Positions 11,449-25,440 are shown, counted from the stretch's first letter. The stretch is DNA of 60,671 bases from Octopus bimaculoides (GCF_001194135.2 NC_068993.1:50348253-50408923), one strand, 5' to 3'. Notes: generated by a model from the letters alone, not told the origin. Program-made: numbers and translations.

Positions 11449-12727
11449 ATATATATATATATTTATATTNNNNNNNNNNNNNNNNNNNNNNNNNNNNNNN
11501 NNNNNNNNNNNNNNNNNNNNNNNNNNNNNNNNNNNNNNNNNNNNNNNNNNNNNNNNNNNNNNNNNNNNNNNNNNNNNNNNNNNNNNNNNNNNNNNNNNNN
11601 NNNNNNNNNNNNNNNNNNNNNNNNNNNNNNNNNNNNNNNNNNNNNNNNNNNNNNNNNNNNNNNNNNNNNNNNNNNNNNNNNNNNNNNNNNNNNNNNNNNN
11701 NNNNNNNNNNNNNNNNNNNNNNNNNNNNNNNNNNNNNNNNNNNNNNNNNNNNNNNNNNNNNNNNNNNNNNNNNNNNNNNNNNNNNNNNNNNNNNNNNNNN
11801 NNNNNNNNNNNNNNNNNNNNNNNNNNNNNNNNNNNNNNNNNNNNNNNNNNNNNNNNNNNNNNNNNNNNNNNNNNNNNNNNNNNNNNNNNNNNNNNNNNNN
11901 NNNNNNNNNNNNNNNNNNNNNNNNNNNNNNNNNNNNNNNNNNNNNNNNNNNNNNNNNNNNNNNNNNNNNNNNNNNNNNNNNNNNNNNNNNNNNNNNNNNN
12001 NNNNNNNNNNNNNNNNNNNNNNNNNNNNNNNNNNNNNNNNNNNNNNNNNNNNNNNNNNNNNNNNNNNNNNNNNNNNNNNNNNNNNNNNNNNNNNNNNNNN
12101 NNNNNNNNNNNNNNNNNNNNNNNNNNNNNNNNNNNNNNNNNNNNNNNNNNNNNNNNNNNNNNNNNNNNNNNNNNNNNNNNNNNNNNNNNNNNNNNNNNNN
12201 NNNNNNNNNNNNNNNNNNNNNNNNNNNNNNNNNNNNNNNGTCACAGCAAATGATGTCATTTCAAAACTGAACTTTGTCTTGATTTCAACAAATTTTCACT
12301 TTGCAATGAAAATGATTCTAGTTCAAACTGCAATCAGAATTTACACCTCTTCCCCCCACACACATCCAGTCCCCCTCATCTCCCCCTTTTCTCTTTTTCT
12401 CTTTCACTTTCCTCTCCTCCTTCTCTTATGCTCACAGACTCTGAGACCAAGGAATGTCGCTTGGTCGTTTCAGTTATTTAATGATTTGTCTATGTGAAAC
12501 CAACACTATTTATTATAGCAAGCAACTTAACTACCGACTTCCTTAAGTGAGATACCTATTTCCTCTAGATTTGACCTTGGAACCCCAATTTTGAACTTCA
12601 CAGTGGATCGTTGCTGACTGCCTGGATTAGCTTGAATATCTTTCTAATGCTTTTTGCCTACCTTGTCCAGGAGTAAGAAAAGGTTGAGCAGGGAAAGAAG
12701 AGTGTCTTGTTCTTTCAGTACAGATTT

Positions 12728-12831
12728 TACCATTAATACCAGCACCACCAACATCACCACTACTGCTGCTGCAGCTGCTACTACTTCTACTACTGCTACC
12801 ACTGCTACTGCTGCTACCACTGCTACTGCTG

Positions 12832-12864
<33 letters not shown>

Positions 12865-12865
12865 T
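12728..12865 (+). repeat. Compound triplet repeat (ACC/GCT/ACT)n
   Basis: Directly visible. Other triplet tracts at about 7330-7520, 10209-10262, 19410-19530, 34590-34780 and 42430-42580. Confidence 0.9.
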
Positions 12866-14046
12866 CCCCTCTATCTTTCTTTATCTAACTACCCCACCTC
12901 CTACCAGTCCTCTCTGCTGCAGTACATCATAAGTATTCAGTCATTATTAGGAAGAGTCATTTAGTTGGAAGTGGGCTGTGATGATATGCTGATGATAAGA
13001 GGGTGGAGGGGAGGTAGCCAGAGAAAGGTCACAGTTACATGACCTTTCTCCCCACCACACCACAAAAACTAGACAATCCCAGAGCAGAAATTGTCAGTGT
13101 ATGCTATCAATATCACAGCCCATTGGAGTTGTCTCAACTCCCATTCTAGCAGAAAGGGAGAAGATGGAGAGGAGAAAGGGTGGGAGGGGTAGGCAGAGGA
13201 GAGTGAAGGGGTCATGTGGTGATGTTTGATGTTGCTAGTAAGATATAAATCCTAGGATCAATCTCAGGGCAATTTCACACTCACTCACATGCATACACAT
13301 TTGGTTGTGCAAATTTTAGTATGTGGAGAGGAAGGAGATGAAATTGTTGATTGTAACTTTAGTTGTTGTTATTGCTATTTAGCCCCAGGTCAGCTCTGAC
13401 TGGGCAGACCTATGATCAAAAGCTTTCTAGTCATGCCCATCAAGAGGATCTCTAGTTGAAACGGACTCACTGGCCTCAGGAGGCTTATGAAGAGCACAAG
13501 CTCAAGCCCTCTCCTCTTGATCAAGAAAAAAGAATGTAACCACCCTGTCCTTCGTGACCCTTGTCTTTTCAAGGCAGAAAAATTCAGTTGCTATTTCTAA
13601 TAGGTTAGCCAGCCATGTATAGAATCTCTTTTTGACTTGTACAACTTCTGTGAAAGGCGGGGAGGTGTTGGGGAAACCCAAATAGATTATTATTATTCCA
13701 GGAATATGGCACAAGCAAATATAAAAGGACTCAGTATTTGTCAAATCATGATTTCTTGCATTGACACAAGGCCACAAATTCATTGGAAGGGGACTGGTGG
13801 TGGTGGTGGGGTGTGGGGGTGTGGTGATTAGTGAATTGAACCAATCCCATTACACATGCCTGGGATGAAAGGAGCTGCTTGCCTTTGGAAGAAACTCCAG
13901 TAGGATTTGAACACAGAATGTAGAAAGATGAAATTCAATACTGAAAGACATTAAGCCCCACACTACATTGTTTCTGTCATTCCAATAAGATTTATTCACA
14001 GCCTGCTCTTTCTTTCCCCAACCTTCTCCCATCTCTCTGTCCTCAA

Positions 14047-14099
<53 letters not shown>

Positions 14100-14701
14100 T
14101 CTACCTCTCTTTAAAACATACATACACATTCTGTTCTGCCTGTCTGTGTATCTTTCTCCAGGTCTTGTAATCTCTGTGTATTATCATGTTTGTGTGTGTT
14201 TTCTCTTGCATTTCTTACTTTTTACACTCTCCTTATCTCTTTAAACTCTACAGTCTGTCTCTCTCTCTACTTCCATTCTCCTTTTTTCTGCCTGTTCCAT
14301 CTCTCTCTCTCTCTCTCCTACCAGTTCCTTCCTTTTCGCAATCTCTTCTCACCTCTTTCTTTCTCTTTTATTATCTCACTGTTTTTATACCTCCATTATC
14401 TAGCACTCCATCTCTCTCTCTACCTCTCATCCTCTTCATCTTTCTCTATGTACCTATTCGCATAACATAATACATAACATATTTTTCAAAGCACATATAC
14501 CTACATAAACGCACACACATAAAACTTCATATATTTGTATTTTTCTCTTGAATGCATAAGGGTAAGGAGGTTCGTTTTGTGGTTTAATTTTTATTTTGCA
14601 TATGTGTACCATTTAGGTTTGGCTAATATTTATTCATACCCTCATACCCTCCTCACAGCTTGCTTTTTATTTTTGCAGAACATTTTAGCTCTTTTGTTTT
14701 T

Positions 14702-14736
<35 letters not shown>

Positions 14737-15030
14737 TTTTATTTTTTTATTTCTCTCTTTCTTGTTCTTAAATTTTCTTATTTAGAGCCGCAATAAGACA
14801 ACATATATAATACCTCACTTTATGTCCTGTTACTCAGTGAGCTATAATTATGCATAATGGAACAGTTATGTTGATTATCTGATCATTGCTACATTTTAAC
14901 CGATCTTCCAAAGGGAAAGGAAACAGAAGAAAGAAAAACTTTTTTTTTTTGTCTTTGAATTAAGAAAAAGAAAAATTACAAAAACACCATACATACACGC
15001 ACACAAATATATACACATAGACACATATGC

Positions 15031-15061
<31 letters not shown>

Positions 15062-15300
15062 AGTGTTCACATTTTGACTGCCATTCTCTGACAATTTATT
15101 GAATTTCATAGGGGTGAAGTGGAAGAAAAGTCTAAGAAACTATTTCTGCTGGTATTTCTTTTTCTTTATCACCCACACTAACAAGAATTTCTTTATAAAA
15201 AAAATAAAATCAGGAGATAAAAACCTACTAAGATAACTACTACAAAAATATAAAGAAGCCATATAGACAAAAATCAATTTTTTTTTTCTACCATTTCATC

Positions 15301-15335
<35 letters not shown>

Positions 15336-16193
15336 TTTTTTTTTTATTTTCTTTCTCTTCCTCTCTTGATAAGTAACAATAATGGTAAGCATTTTCAATA
15401 GTTTCCTTTAATGATGTATATTTTCCTATGTTATTTACCATAGTTGTTCAGTAAGCATGTCTTGAAATAAGAAATGGTGAGAAAATCAATGGTGCTAATG
15501 CTCCAAGTCTGTGTAGTTACTAAGAATTATTTCCCCCAACCACGAACAATGGTACGACAAAATAATGGTAATAGCTGCAGTAAAGATTATGCAAGCAGTT
15601 CCCGTAAATTCAGTTTTCTGTAAGCAACTTTCTGTTGGAATCTAAGTGTGTGTTCGCCAACCCTTAAGAAATATTTTTTTTTAAATATCTGAGCCTAACA
15701 GATCCCTATTCTGGGTGGGAAAAAGCTCTGTCTAAAGTTGAGATGTTCTTTAATTCTTTAGTTAGTTTTTGCCATCATGGTTAAGATCTGCTATCACTAA
15801 CACAGCCATCATCATCATCATTAAAGTATGGATTAAATGGTCTGACTACACCAACCCAAATGGAGACGAAAGCTTAACTGACATAAAGTACTGTAGTTAT
15901 ATATTTATGATAAATTAATAGTAGTAAAAATGGTTTAGTTGTAACTGTTTTTTTTTTTGTTTGCTTTGTTATTTTGTTTTATTTTTGAGGTGGGGTGGAG
16001 ATAAAGGGGTTTTGTGGTCGATTGAGGCAGCAAGAAGAATGGAATGAATTGAAGAGTTGAGCATTAGACTCCAGGGATGAGTTGTTCTGATAGTTAAATG
16101 AGCAGCAAACAACAGATCCAAAGTTATTGGTTGGCTGGTCGATTGGTTGGTTGGTCGGTGTGTGCTAAAGAATGCTGTGCTGATGTAGTAGAT

Positions 16194-16256
16194 ATCATCA
16201 TCATCATCATCATCATCATCGTTTAACGTCCGCTTTCCATGCTAGCATGGGTTGGA
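16194..16256 (-). mobile_element. Family B 3'-terminal fragment
   Basis: (atc)n-gtttaacgtccgctttccatgctagcatgggttgga is the reverse complement of the family B 3' end. Confidence 0.85.
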
Positions 16257-16535
16257 GATATGTATGATATAATTGAAAGTCTTGCACATTCACATCACAC
16301 ATGGCTAAGATATAGTCAGCAGTGCTTGTATATGTTAGGCGATGAATAAACAGAGACAAGCTAGGGTAGGGAGTACCCTTTAATTTTGCTGCGGATGTGG
16401 AAACACTTCCAGTGGTGATGCCATGATAAGATTCATCCAGTACAGTTTTCTAAAGTAGTTTGGCCACAGGAAGGGTATTCAACCATTAAAACCATTCCTA
16501 AAATGGGGTTGTACATGTAAGATATAGTCTCTCAC

Positions 16536-16610
16536 TCATCTTGAGAGGTAATAACTCCAAATAAAAACTGATTTAAGTTGTCTTGATCTGTCTGTCCAAT
16601 CCATACCATC
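16536..16610 (-). CDS. Candidate 75-nt coding exon (phase 2-2), peptide MVWIGQTDQDNLNQFLFGVITSQD
   Basis: Acceptor tcatatttttctgttcatttttcCAG and donor GA|GTGAGA. Only one frame is open. No homolog recognised. Confidence 0.25.
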   Translation of the reverse strand, partial: DGMDWTDRSRQLKSVFIWSYYLSR

Positions 16611-16885
16611 CTGGAAAAATGAACAGAAAAATATGATAAAAGATATTGAGACATGAATATAAGATGATGTACACAATGTGTGTCTCCAGCGAAATGATGC
16701 TGTGCTGCAAAATAAGGTGAACTTCGAGAGGGTACAGTCCAAAACCTGGTTTTAATTCCTTGTTGTAGCTATTTTCACGCTTCAAATATGTAGCTAATAC
16801 TTGGGTAAAAATATAATCTCCCTCCAAACTCACTTTCTCTCTCATAAGCAGTAAAGCTTTTTTTTTTTTTTTTTTAATACATACA

Positions 16886-17052
16886 ACCACTCTTGGAGTG
16901 ATTGGCGTTAGGAAGGGCATCCAGCTGTAGAAACTCTGCCAAATCAGATTGGAGCCTGGTGTAGCCATCTGGTTCACCAGTCCTCAGTCAAATTGTCCAA
17001 CCCATGCTAACATGGAAAGTGGATGTTAAACGATGATGATGATGATGATGAT
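16886..17052 (+). mobile_element. Family B repeat, 5'-truncated
   Basis: ccactcttggagtgattggcgttaggaagggcatcc through gttaaacgatgatgatg. Confidence 0.88.
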
Positions 17053-17192
17053 GTTTACTGCTGTGTATTCATGCTTGTTCATCTATCTGTATATATTTAT
17101 CAGTGTATATATGTGTTGATATTCTTGTATGTATACTTGTATGTATGTAAGTATATCTGTCTGCCTAGCTATTTGTAATAAATTTTAATCTC

Positions 17193-17298
<106 letters not shown>

Positions 17299-18134
17299 CC
17301 CCCCCCCATACATATTTTTCTTTAAAAGTACTTTCAATGAAATAAAGCTCCAATACAGTTCAGTCTATCGATATATTGCGGATTAGAAACAGTCTATGTA
17401 AATCTTGTAAAACCATGTTACAATCTTGCTTGTGGACTAAATGAATTTATATACATAATAACTAGTGTTTCTGCTACTGCTTTTCTCCTTCCCCCCCTAC
17501 CATAATTCTCTTCCCCTGACCTTGTTGCTGAATTTTCAATATCCTGTCGTTTTTCATAAGGTTTTATCTGGAAGGAATGAATTAATTTTCTAATTTCCTT
17601 CGATAAATTGCTTGGATCATTTTGTATGTTTCCCACTCGATGTGTACAGTTTAGATTTTACAAGTAAAATCTGTCTTGCCTACGTTGTCTTCCATTACTG
17701 TAACTTTATACTTGTTTCCTTGTAATTCTATGCATATCTCTTTGCTGCATGCATTGCAGTGTTTGTGAGCAGGAAATAGCGGGATAAACTATATCATTCA
17801 TAGTTTATGTGAAACAATTCCAAATATTTGCTTTCACTTTTTAAAGAATTTAAGAGAGTTAGTTGCATGCACTCATTTTACTTCTTTTTTTCACCTTTTT
17901 TTGGCAATTATTATTATCATTATTATTATTATTATCATTATATTATCATCTTTTTTTTTTCTTGTTTCATATATTGTCCTAGCAGCATTATTGTGTAGTG
18001 GAAGTTTTATTTCGTTTTTATTGGGAAATACACTTCTGTTTTGAGTTTTGTTGATAGTTTTATTTAGAGGCAAACAAATGTGAACTTCTGTTGTTAAAAA
18101 AATATAGTATGGCCTTTTATTATATTAAGCACTA

Positions 18135-18290
18135 CAGGCATAGATATGACTGTATGGGTACAGGGTTTGCTTTGTAACTGTATAGTTTTGAGTTCTGTCA
18201 CTGTGTACAACACCTTGGACAAATGTTTTTTACTAATAGCCTTGGGTCTTGTGAGTTAAATTGGAGGCCCATTGTATGTGTGTGTATCTT
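18135..18290 (+). mobile_element. Family A SINE 5' fragment, old
   Basis: gactgtatgg...caccttggacaaatgtttttta-ctaatagccttggg aligns by eye to the family A head and CORE. Confidence 0.5.
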
Positions 18291-18394
18291 GCATGCATGT
18301 GTGAATTTTTAAACACTTAGTTTTTCAATTAACACTATGATACACACACACACACATTCAGGATGTTAATACAATGATGGAGTCATTTATTCAC

Positions 18395-18510
18395 ACACGG
18401 CTGCTTGGTTTAGTGGTTAGGATGTTGGGTTTACCTTCATGGCATAAGTTCAATTCCTTGGCTGGGCTACATGTTGTGTCTTTGAGCAGGACATCTCTTC
18501 CCTGATCAGG
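18395..18510 (+). mobile_element. tRNA-SINE head fragment
   Basis: ggtttagtggttagg (A box), agttcaattcc (B box), tgttgtgtctttgagcaggaca (CORE-like). Confidence 0.45.
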
Positions 18511-19076
18511 TGGGGGGGGGGGTCCAAAAGTGTGTCTCTCTCTATGTGGGTGATGGCCAAGTATTTCTTTCTTTATATACAAATATGACTATGAAATATC
18601 TTATGTACTTTTAATAAATATGACCAGCATGGAAATGTAAACATTATAATGATGGTGATATACCTATACAAACATCTAACTATAAAATTCTATGATAGCT
18701 ACCTCTACTAAATTCTCAATTGATCTTTTTTTCTCTCATTCTAATGGTATTATTACAAACACTTTTATCAAGAAATTTTTTGATTTTTGACTACATTTTT
18801 AATACTAAGGCTTAAAATGTTTTACCACTAGATTAGTACTACGCTATAAAACTTTACACCCTTTGTATCATTAGATTTCACACTGAAATTACACTATCAC
18901 CATTAAACTTTACAGTTCTACATTTCCTTGCGCTGTATTTTCTATACTTTAACAACACGTTACACTGTTGCCATCAATTCTAGTATTACATTGTCACGAA
19001 TACATCATCAGTTTTTCTCTCTGGTCTGGACTGTCATGCTTGACATTAATATGTCGGACTTAACCACAACTACCAC

Positions 19077-19116
<40 letters not shown>

Positions 19117-22101
19117 CCACAGCTACACTCGTACAACTTAACCAATCAAGCCAGCCTACCAACCATTGTTATAAATGTTATATATCCTTAGTGCCCTGAT
19201 TTCCCTTGAAAACAGAACCCTTTGAAAAGTTCGCCTGATGTCAAGTTGTTAAAAACACAAACAGTCATTACTATAAAACTCTAAACAACCCCAAGAGTTC
19301 TATTTCAGTGTAATTTATTTCAGGATTTCGAAATATTACTTGTTATTTTGTTGCTGCTGTCATTTTTCATACTGACCTCCATTTTGCATTTAATTTGGTT
19401 AAGACTCGTAGTTATGATGGTGATGAGGATAATGGCGTGGTGGTGGTGGTGGTGGTGGCGATGATGACAGTCATGGTGGTGGAGGTGAGGATGATAGTGA
19501 TGGTGGTGGAGGTGATGAAGATGATGATGTGTAGGAATTGGTTGGAAATTCTATTTGATTTTTCTATTTTTCTTCTTAAAGAAATTATTAATAGGAAAAA
19601 TTTTTCATTATATTCTTTCATTGTAGAGTTTTTACTTATTTATTTCTTTAATTCTTTATAATTTTCATTATTATTATTATTATTATTAGTATTATCATCA
19701 TCATAAACCATTATTGCTATTATTTTTTTTTTTTTTTTTCCCACTCATTCCCCATTTTACAAATTTGATATCAAATTGAAATGTCGACTGGAAGAAATAA
19801 AAATTTTTCCCAATTCAGCTCTAATGGCTACAGTTAGAGATTGTGTCAGATTTTTTGCCGCCCATACTGTAGCAGTAATGATGGATATGAAATTTTTGTA
19901 TGTGCGTGGATATATGTATGTGTTGCCATCTGATGATGCACACATACACAAAATGCATTTTCGTATACAGATGCACATACACATATACAGATAACTATAA
20001 ATAAATATATACTTACACATACATGCATGCATACACTTATATACATACATGCGTTCATAAAATCCTTCTCGATAATTGAATACAAAAATACAATAGTTAT
20101 GTGATCAATCAATCAAATTTTTTATTAAGTAACTTCCCCCTCATACTGCCTGCTGTGGAAGTTTGACTTAGAGCAGAAAAACTGGTCAGCTCTTTTATTG
20201 CTCTGTCATAACTGACTTAAACTGTATTTATCTTCTGCATCCATATATACATGTGTGTGAGTGTGTGTGTATGTGTGTGTATGTATCATACACATGCAGC
20301 TATATAAATACATATACGTTTATGTACGTGTATATAGATAGTCCATTGTACGTGCAGTTGTCAGCTCCATTAATATCGCAGGCAACACACACACACACAC
20401 ACACGCACGCATATATGGATATGTGTGTGTGTGTGTGCATATACATTTCTCTCTGTCCTCCCTATTTAGGCATAAAATCTGCACAGATTTTCTCTTCCTC
20501 CTCCTCACTTCCCCTCCCTTTCCTATACACGTAGTGCATTGTTTATATATTAATGTTTGAGAATATACTTATTATATTCCTTGCATTTGTGTATTTAATA
20601 TCATTTTGTATTAAATCAGAGGATGTGATATGTTTGTAATATATTTTTATGTAGAGGGTGGTGTGCATTGCTAGATTTTATAGAATGGCCTACAAAACAT
20701 TATGTGGTATTTATTTATGCCTCTTGATATTCTGATTTTGAATCCTGCCAACTTAACCTTCATTTCCTCCAGTGTTGATAAAATATGTACCAGTAAACAT
20801 TGGGGTCATTATAACCGACTATGTTTCCACTTTTTCTGTGCTGGCTCATTCCATCTTTATGGGCACATTTTGCTTATTATATATCCCTTCTTGCCCTATA
20901 CACACTGAAATTTAAAAAATCTTTTCTTTTGTCACATACATCTCATGCTGTTTTATATTTGAAATATTGCCATCCATAAAACTACAACTCCATCCATGTG
21001 TTTTACATTAGACGGAACCATTAGTGTTTCAATCTGCAAATTAACAACATTTGTCTTACTCATGTCTTTCCATCTCAATAATGNNNNNNNNNNNNNNNNN
21101 NNNNNNNNNNNNNNNNNNNNNNNNNNNNNNNNNNNNNNNNNNNNNNNNNNNNNNCAAATAAAGAAATTAATTAATAAGCTAGAAGTGTTAGCTATTATAG
21201 CTATTACTGTCTTCACAACTTTTTCCACTTTGATATTTGCTGTTGTCTTAATGATATTTGATGAAGTGACTCTGTTGGGGATATCTGATATTGTAAAGAC
21301 AGTTGTACAAATTTCTAAAGATCTGCATCTGCTGCCAGAAATGCATTGTGGCCGGTTGCATTGACAGCAGTGGCACTACAGAACCATTGCAGCATGTGCA
21401 ATACATCAATGCCATCTACTGCTATTCTCTTGGCCAAAGTTTGCTAGTCTCTGACCATTCTTTAGTCTGATGCCAATCGCACGGTTCACAGCATCCCTTC
21501 AAATGACCCTGCCTTCCATGAAACCGTTAATAGATCAATAGTGAATGAGAACAGTGATTTGTTACTGATAAATGCGTCAACATTCCTCATGGTTCCCTTT
21601 TTTTATTATTACTATTATTATTATTATTATTATTATTTTCTTCTTCACGTTGTGGATACTTTTCAGCAGTCTACATCAGTTATTTTCATTTCTCATGATG
21701 GACTACATTTTTTTTTTATCTAAGGCTTTCTTTTATCACAAATCTTGTTCACTTTTTGGTTCTCAACTCCTAGAAGGGCTGAGGTCATCTAAAAGATATA
21801 TCATTCTTGCAGCAATGTCCAAAATGCTTGGCATTATTCACATCTAGACATATACCTGGAAACAAGCATTTATATTTCATCTGTTTTGTTTTCAATCTCT
21901 TCTTTATTTTTTTTAAATAAAAGTTACTAATAGTTTAGACTTCACTCTCCCCTTTTTCCTCTTTTCTATCCTCTATATCTTCTCCATCACATTTACTAAT
22001 CTTGTCTGGATATCTATTTGTCTCTTATTCAATGATCAAGCTAAGATCTCCATAAAATGGTTATACAAAATGTTAACTTTATTACTTGAATAATGGTGTG
22101 T

Positions 22102-22148
<47 letters not shown>

Positions 22149-23344
22149 GTATGTATATATATGTAGATACATATACGTATATATACATACACATATAGAT
22201 AGATAGATGTAGATATATTAGTCAATCTAGTGAACTATCAAATTTAAAAAAAAAAAACCCAGTTTAAATTACCTTTCTTTTGCTCAGGTTTGCTGAAACT
22301 TTCTATTCATTCGAGGTAATCCAAAATTAGAATTTGCTAAAATCAGGATGTTCTAATTCATGGCTTGAAAATAATTATAATGAATACAAATACAAAAACA
22401 TAGCAAAAAAAAAAATAACAAAAAGGAAGGAAAATCTAAATGCCATTTACTTTTTGAAGGAAATTAGAGAAGTATTTCTCCAATAAAATAATGATCTTGT
22501 CCCTCCAAAATGGGATAAGATAGTCTTGTTTTGTTTTGTTTTTGTTTTTCAATTGTGAGTATATTATTTCTCACCCTGGTGTATAAAACCTTCATATGCA
22601 AGCTATCAGGAAAAGCTTATAGTTTCTTTACAAGAAATCTATTATCCTTCTATTGACCAAGTCAAGTCTAGCGATTGGCTGAAATATAACTTTGTTTGAT
22701 TCTTAACATTTTCCCATTTATTTATAGACATTTATTGCTTTTATACCTCATCTAAAAAATAACCATCTGCTATCAGTTTAAAGAATTATTCATTTGTATT
22801 ATCAACCCTTTAAAGGCTGAAACACTTAAAGTTCAGAAGGTAGACTGTAATCTAAGAGAAAAAGAGGAGGAAAATATATTATTTTCCCTCCTTACAGGTA
22901 AATACATTGTCTCCTTCCATATTCTGGCAATACAAAAATAAATAATCTCATACACCTTTAAAAGGAACCAAAAATCAAAAAAGTACTTTGCAGGAGTTGT
23001 AACTTTCAACAGCCAATTTGGACAAAACTGAATCTGTATTACTGTGCCTAACTATTTTCTTATCTATAATTGAAATTTATCTGCTCAGTCAGTGATGCTA
23101 TTCATTGAATGTGTTAACACATACTTAAGCATTTTTTTTTTAGGTGTTTGTGAGAATGGTATCTTTGAATAGGTCGTTCTTTAAATAGTTCTATTATCCT
23201 ACATCTACAAATATACAGTCTTGTACATTTGGTTACTGATCCATTCATCATTGTATATAGCAAATACAGTTAATGTTTTGTTCTTTATTTTACTGATGAG
23301 GTTAGAATAACACTGAAACATGGTTGTGGGTGAAGCAAAAATTC

Positions 23345-23520
23345 TCAACTGTGTGGTTAAGATGTTCACTTTGCACACCTAGGATTCTGGGTTTGATTCT
23401 ACTGTGTGTCACCTTGAGTAAGTGTCTTCTGCTATATCCTCAGGTTAACTTAATACCTTCTGAGTGGAATTTAGTAGAGAGAAATAGTGTGGGACCTTGT
23501 CATGTATATGTATGTCCTTT
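23345..23520 (+). mobile_element. Family A SINE 5' fragment, old
   Basis: ctgtgtggttaag...gggtttgattct...caccttgagtaagtgtcttctgctata. Confidence 0.55.
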
Positions 23521-23730
23521 GAAAGTGTATATCAAAGACAGATATAAATATCAGTGTGAAACAGGAAACCAGTGACAGTTATCAATCTCCCTGTCAGAAA
23601 TGTTGTGAACAAGTGATTGGTTAGTTGAGAATCAGTAAACTGTGACAAAAGTGTTCACAAATTGCAATTATCTATAAATTAGATACCCAAAACTATCTCT
23701 TGTACTTGCTGAAAGAATTAAAATAATTTC

Positions 23731-24100
23731 CCTAGGCATGGCTGTGTGATAAGTTTGTTTCCTAACCATATGGTTCTTGGTTCAGTTCCATGGTGTGACA
23801 CCTTTAACAAGTGTCTTCTATAATAGCCCCAAGCTGACCAAAGCCTTCTAAGTGCGTCTGGTTGGACGGAAACTGAAAGAAGTATGTCATAAATATGTGT
23901 GTGTTTTGTTCCACCACTTCTTGACAAGGGGTGTTAGTTTGTTTATACCCCCCCCCCCCATGACATAGCTTTGCAGTTTAGCAAAAGAAACCAATTAAAT
24001 AAGTACTAGGCTTTTAAAAAAGTTAATACTGGGGTCAATTCATTCAAGTAAAACCCTTCAAGAGCATGGTAGTCCAATGACTGAAACAAGGGATAAAAAA
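23731..24100 (+). mobile_element. Family A SINE, diverged copy
   Basis: ggcatggctgtgtg...ggttcagttcc...caagtgtcttcta...ggaaactgaaagaag, with a 3' module aataagtactaggc...gactgaaacaag. Confidence 0.75.
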
Positions 24101-24542
24101 ATAAATTAGGGGCCACTACTCGTTTGGCAATCATCATGGCAGAATCTACATAAACTAGCATTTATAAGCTGTTCACATCCAATGATAGCTCTTTAAGCCT
24201 GAAATATATAAAGGTTTCTTAACTTTCTCTTTTCGCATTGTTAAAAGCTCTTTGTCTTCATTATTTGTTGTTTTACTTCTGCATCACAATACTTCATGCA
24301 AACTGCAACTGTCTTCTAAAATAATGTTAGTGATTGACTAATATTGAATATTTCTTCACCACATATTCATTTCTTGTTAGAATTTTTAATGGTACATACA
24401 TTAAATATCTTAACACAAAACCTAACCTAATGGATAGAAAGCTGACTGAACATTACAATCCCATTGAGATTCTATATGATTCCGCGAAGGTTCTCTGTTA
24501 ACATTTTTTATCTTTTTAATTCTCTAAGTTGTCATTGAATGC

Positions 24543-24583
<41 letters not shown>

Positions 24584-24744
24584 TTTTGCTCTCTCTCTCT
24601 TTGCTCTGTCTCTTTCCATTGGCTAGGGTTGGCTTCAACTATTCCATTGAGTAATCCTATTGTGTTAGAATTGCCTAACCAGACAATACATGGTACATTT
24701 TCACTATTAATACAGTCACTACCAATACTAGCAACAACTTAAGA

Positions 24745-25250
24745 AGGGAGCCTCTGTGTGGTCGCTTTGTCTGCTAGAAATTGCTGATAAATTTTGTTCA
24801 GTGATATGTTACAGTATGCTAGAATGAAAAGTGGTATCGGATAATGTAGTTTTAAATCTATTCCTAAAATAAAATGTCCATGGCCTGAGTTTTCTTTTGT
24901 CATAAAGTCCGCTTGGTTATGGTCAACCTTGAGTTTAACAGCAACAACAACAATGATGATAGAATAATAGTTATGGTGATGATGATGATAATTACAGACC
25001 TGTTAGCAACAAAAATATTAACATCACTGAATAGTAGTAATAGTAGTATTTAAAGTTGTAACAGCTGACTAGATGAGTTTCTCTGTCGCTGCTGAACCTT
25101 CTAGAAATAGCAAGCAATTTCTCATGAAATTACACCTTGCTTAAATGTCTTTGATAAAGATCAAACACATTAGATAATAAAGTTCTAGATGTACTTGTGA
25201 AACAAACAGGGTGATCATGGTCGGCTCATGTTGTATCAATTTCCTTATAG
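24745..25250 (-). repeat. Two adjacent family D copies, reverse orientation
   Basis: ctgctagaaattgc and ttctagaaatagc motifs, each followed by the reversed 5' module. Further minus copies at about 52720-52890, 55610-55805 and 59900-60115. Confidence 0.55.
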
Positions 25251-25385
25251 TTTGTGATTATTAAATTTCACTCATGTGGAAGGCTGAAGCAAAAGAAGAC
25301 ATTTGCCCAAGGTTATCAAGCAAACTTTGTAACCACCCGAGTATAGTACTCTTGCCATACCCATCTCTCTCTTTCTCTCTCTGTC

Positions 25386-25440
<55 letters not shown>

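Noticed and set aside
15540-15640. Minus-strand hydrophobic stretch (TGTACIIFTAAITIILSY) as a transmembrane exon
   Set aside because: There is no convincing donor and no family resemblance.
21341-21416. miR-33-like sequence ATGCATTGTGGCCGGTTGCATTG with a partly complementary 3' arm
   Set aside because: It has a multi-base insertion and changed ends relative to miR-33, short stems and a loop of about 35 nt, and there is no evidence of an SREBP host.
20870-21560. Coding-looking region possibly from a decayed transposase
   Set aside because: All six frames were translated by eye with no convincing DDE, HTH or RT motif; stops are frequent and a gap interrupts it.
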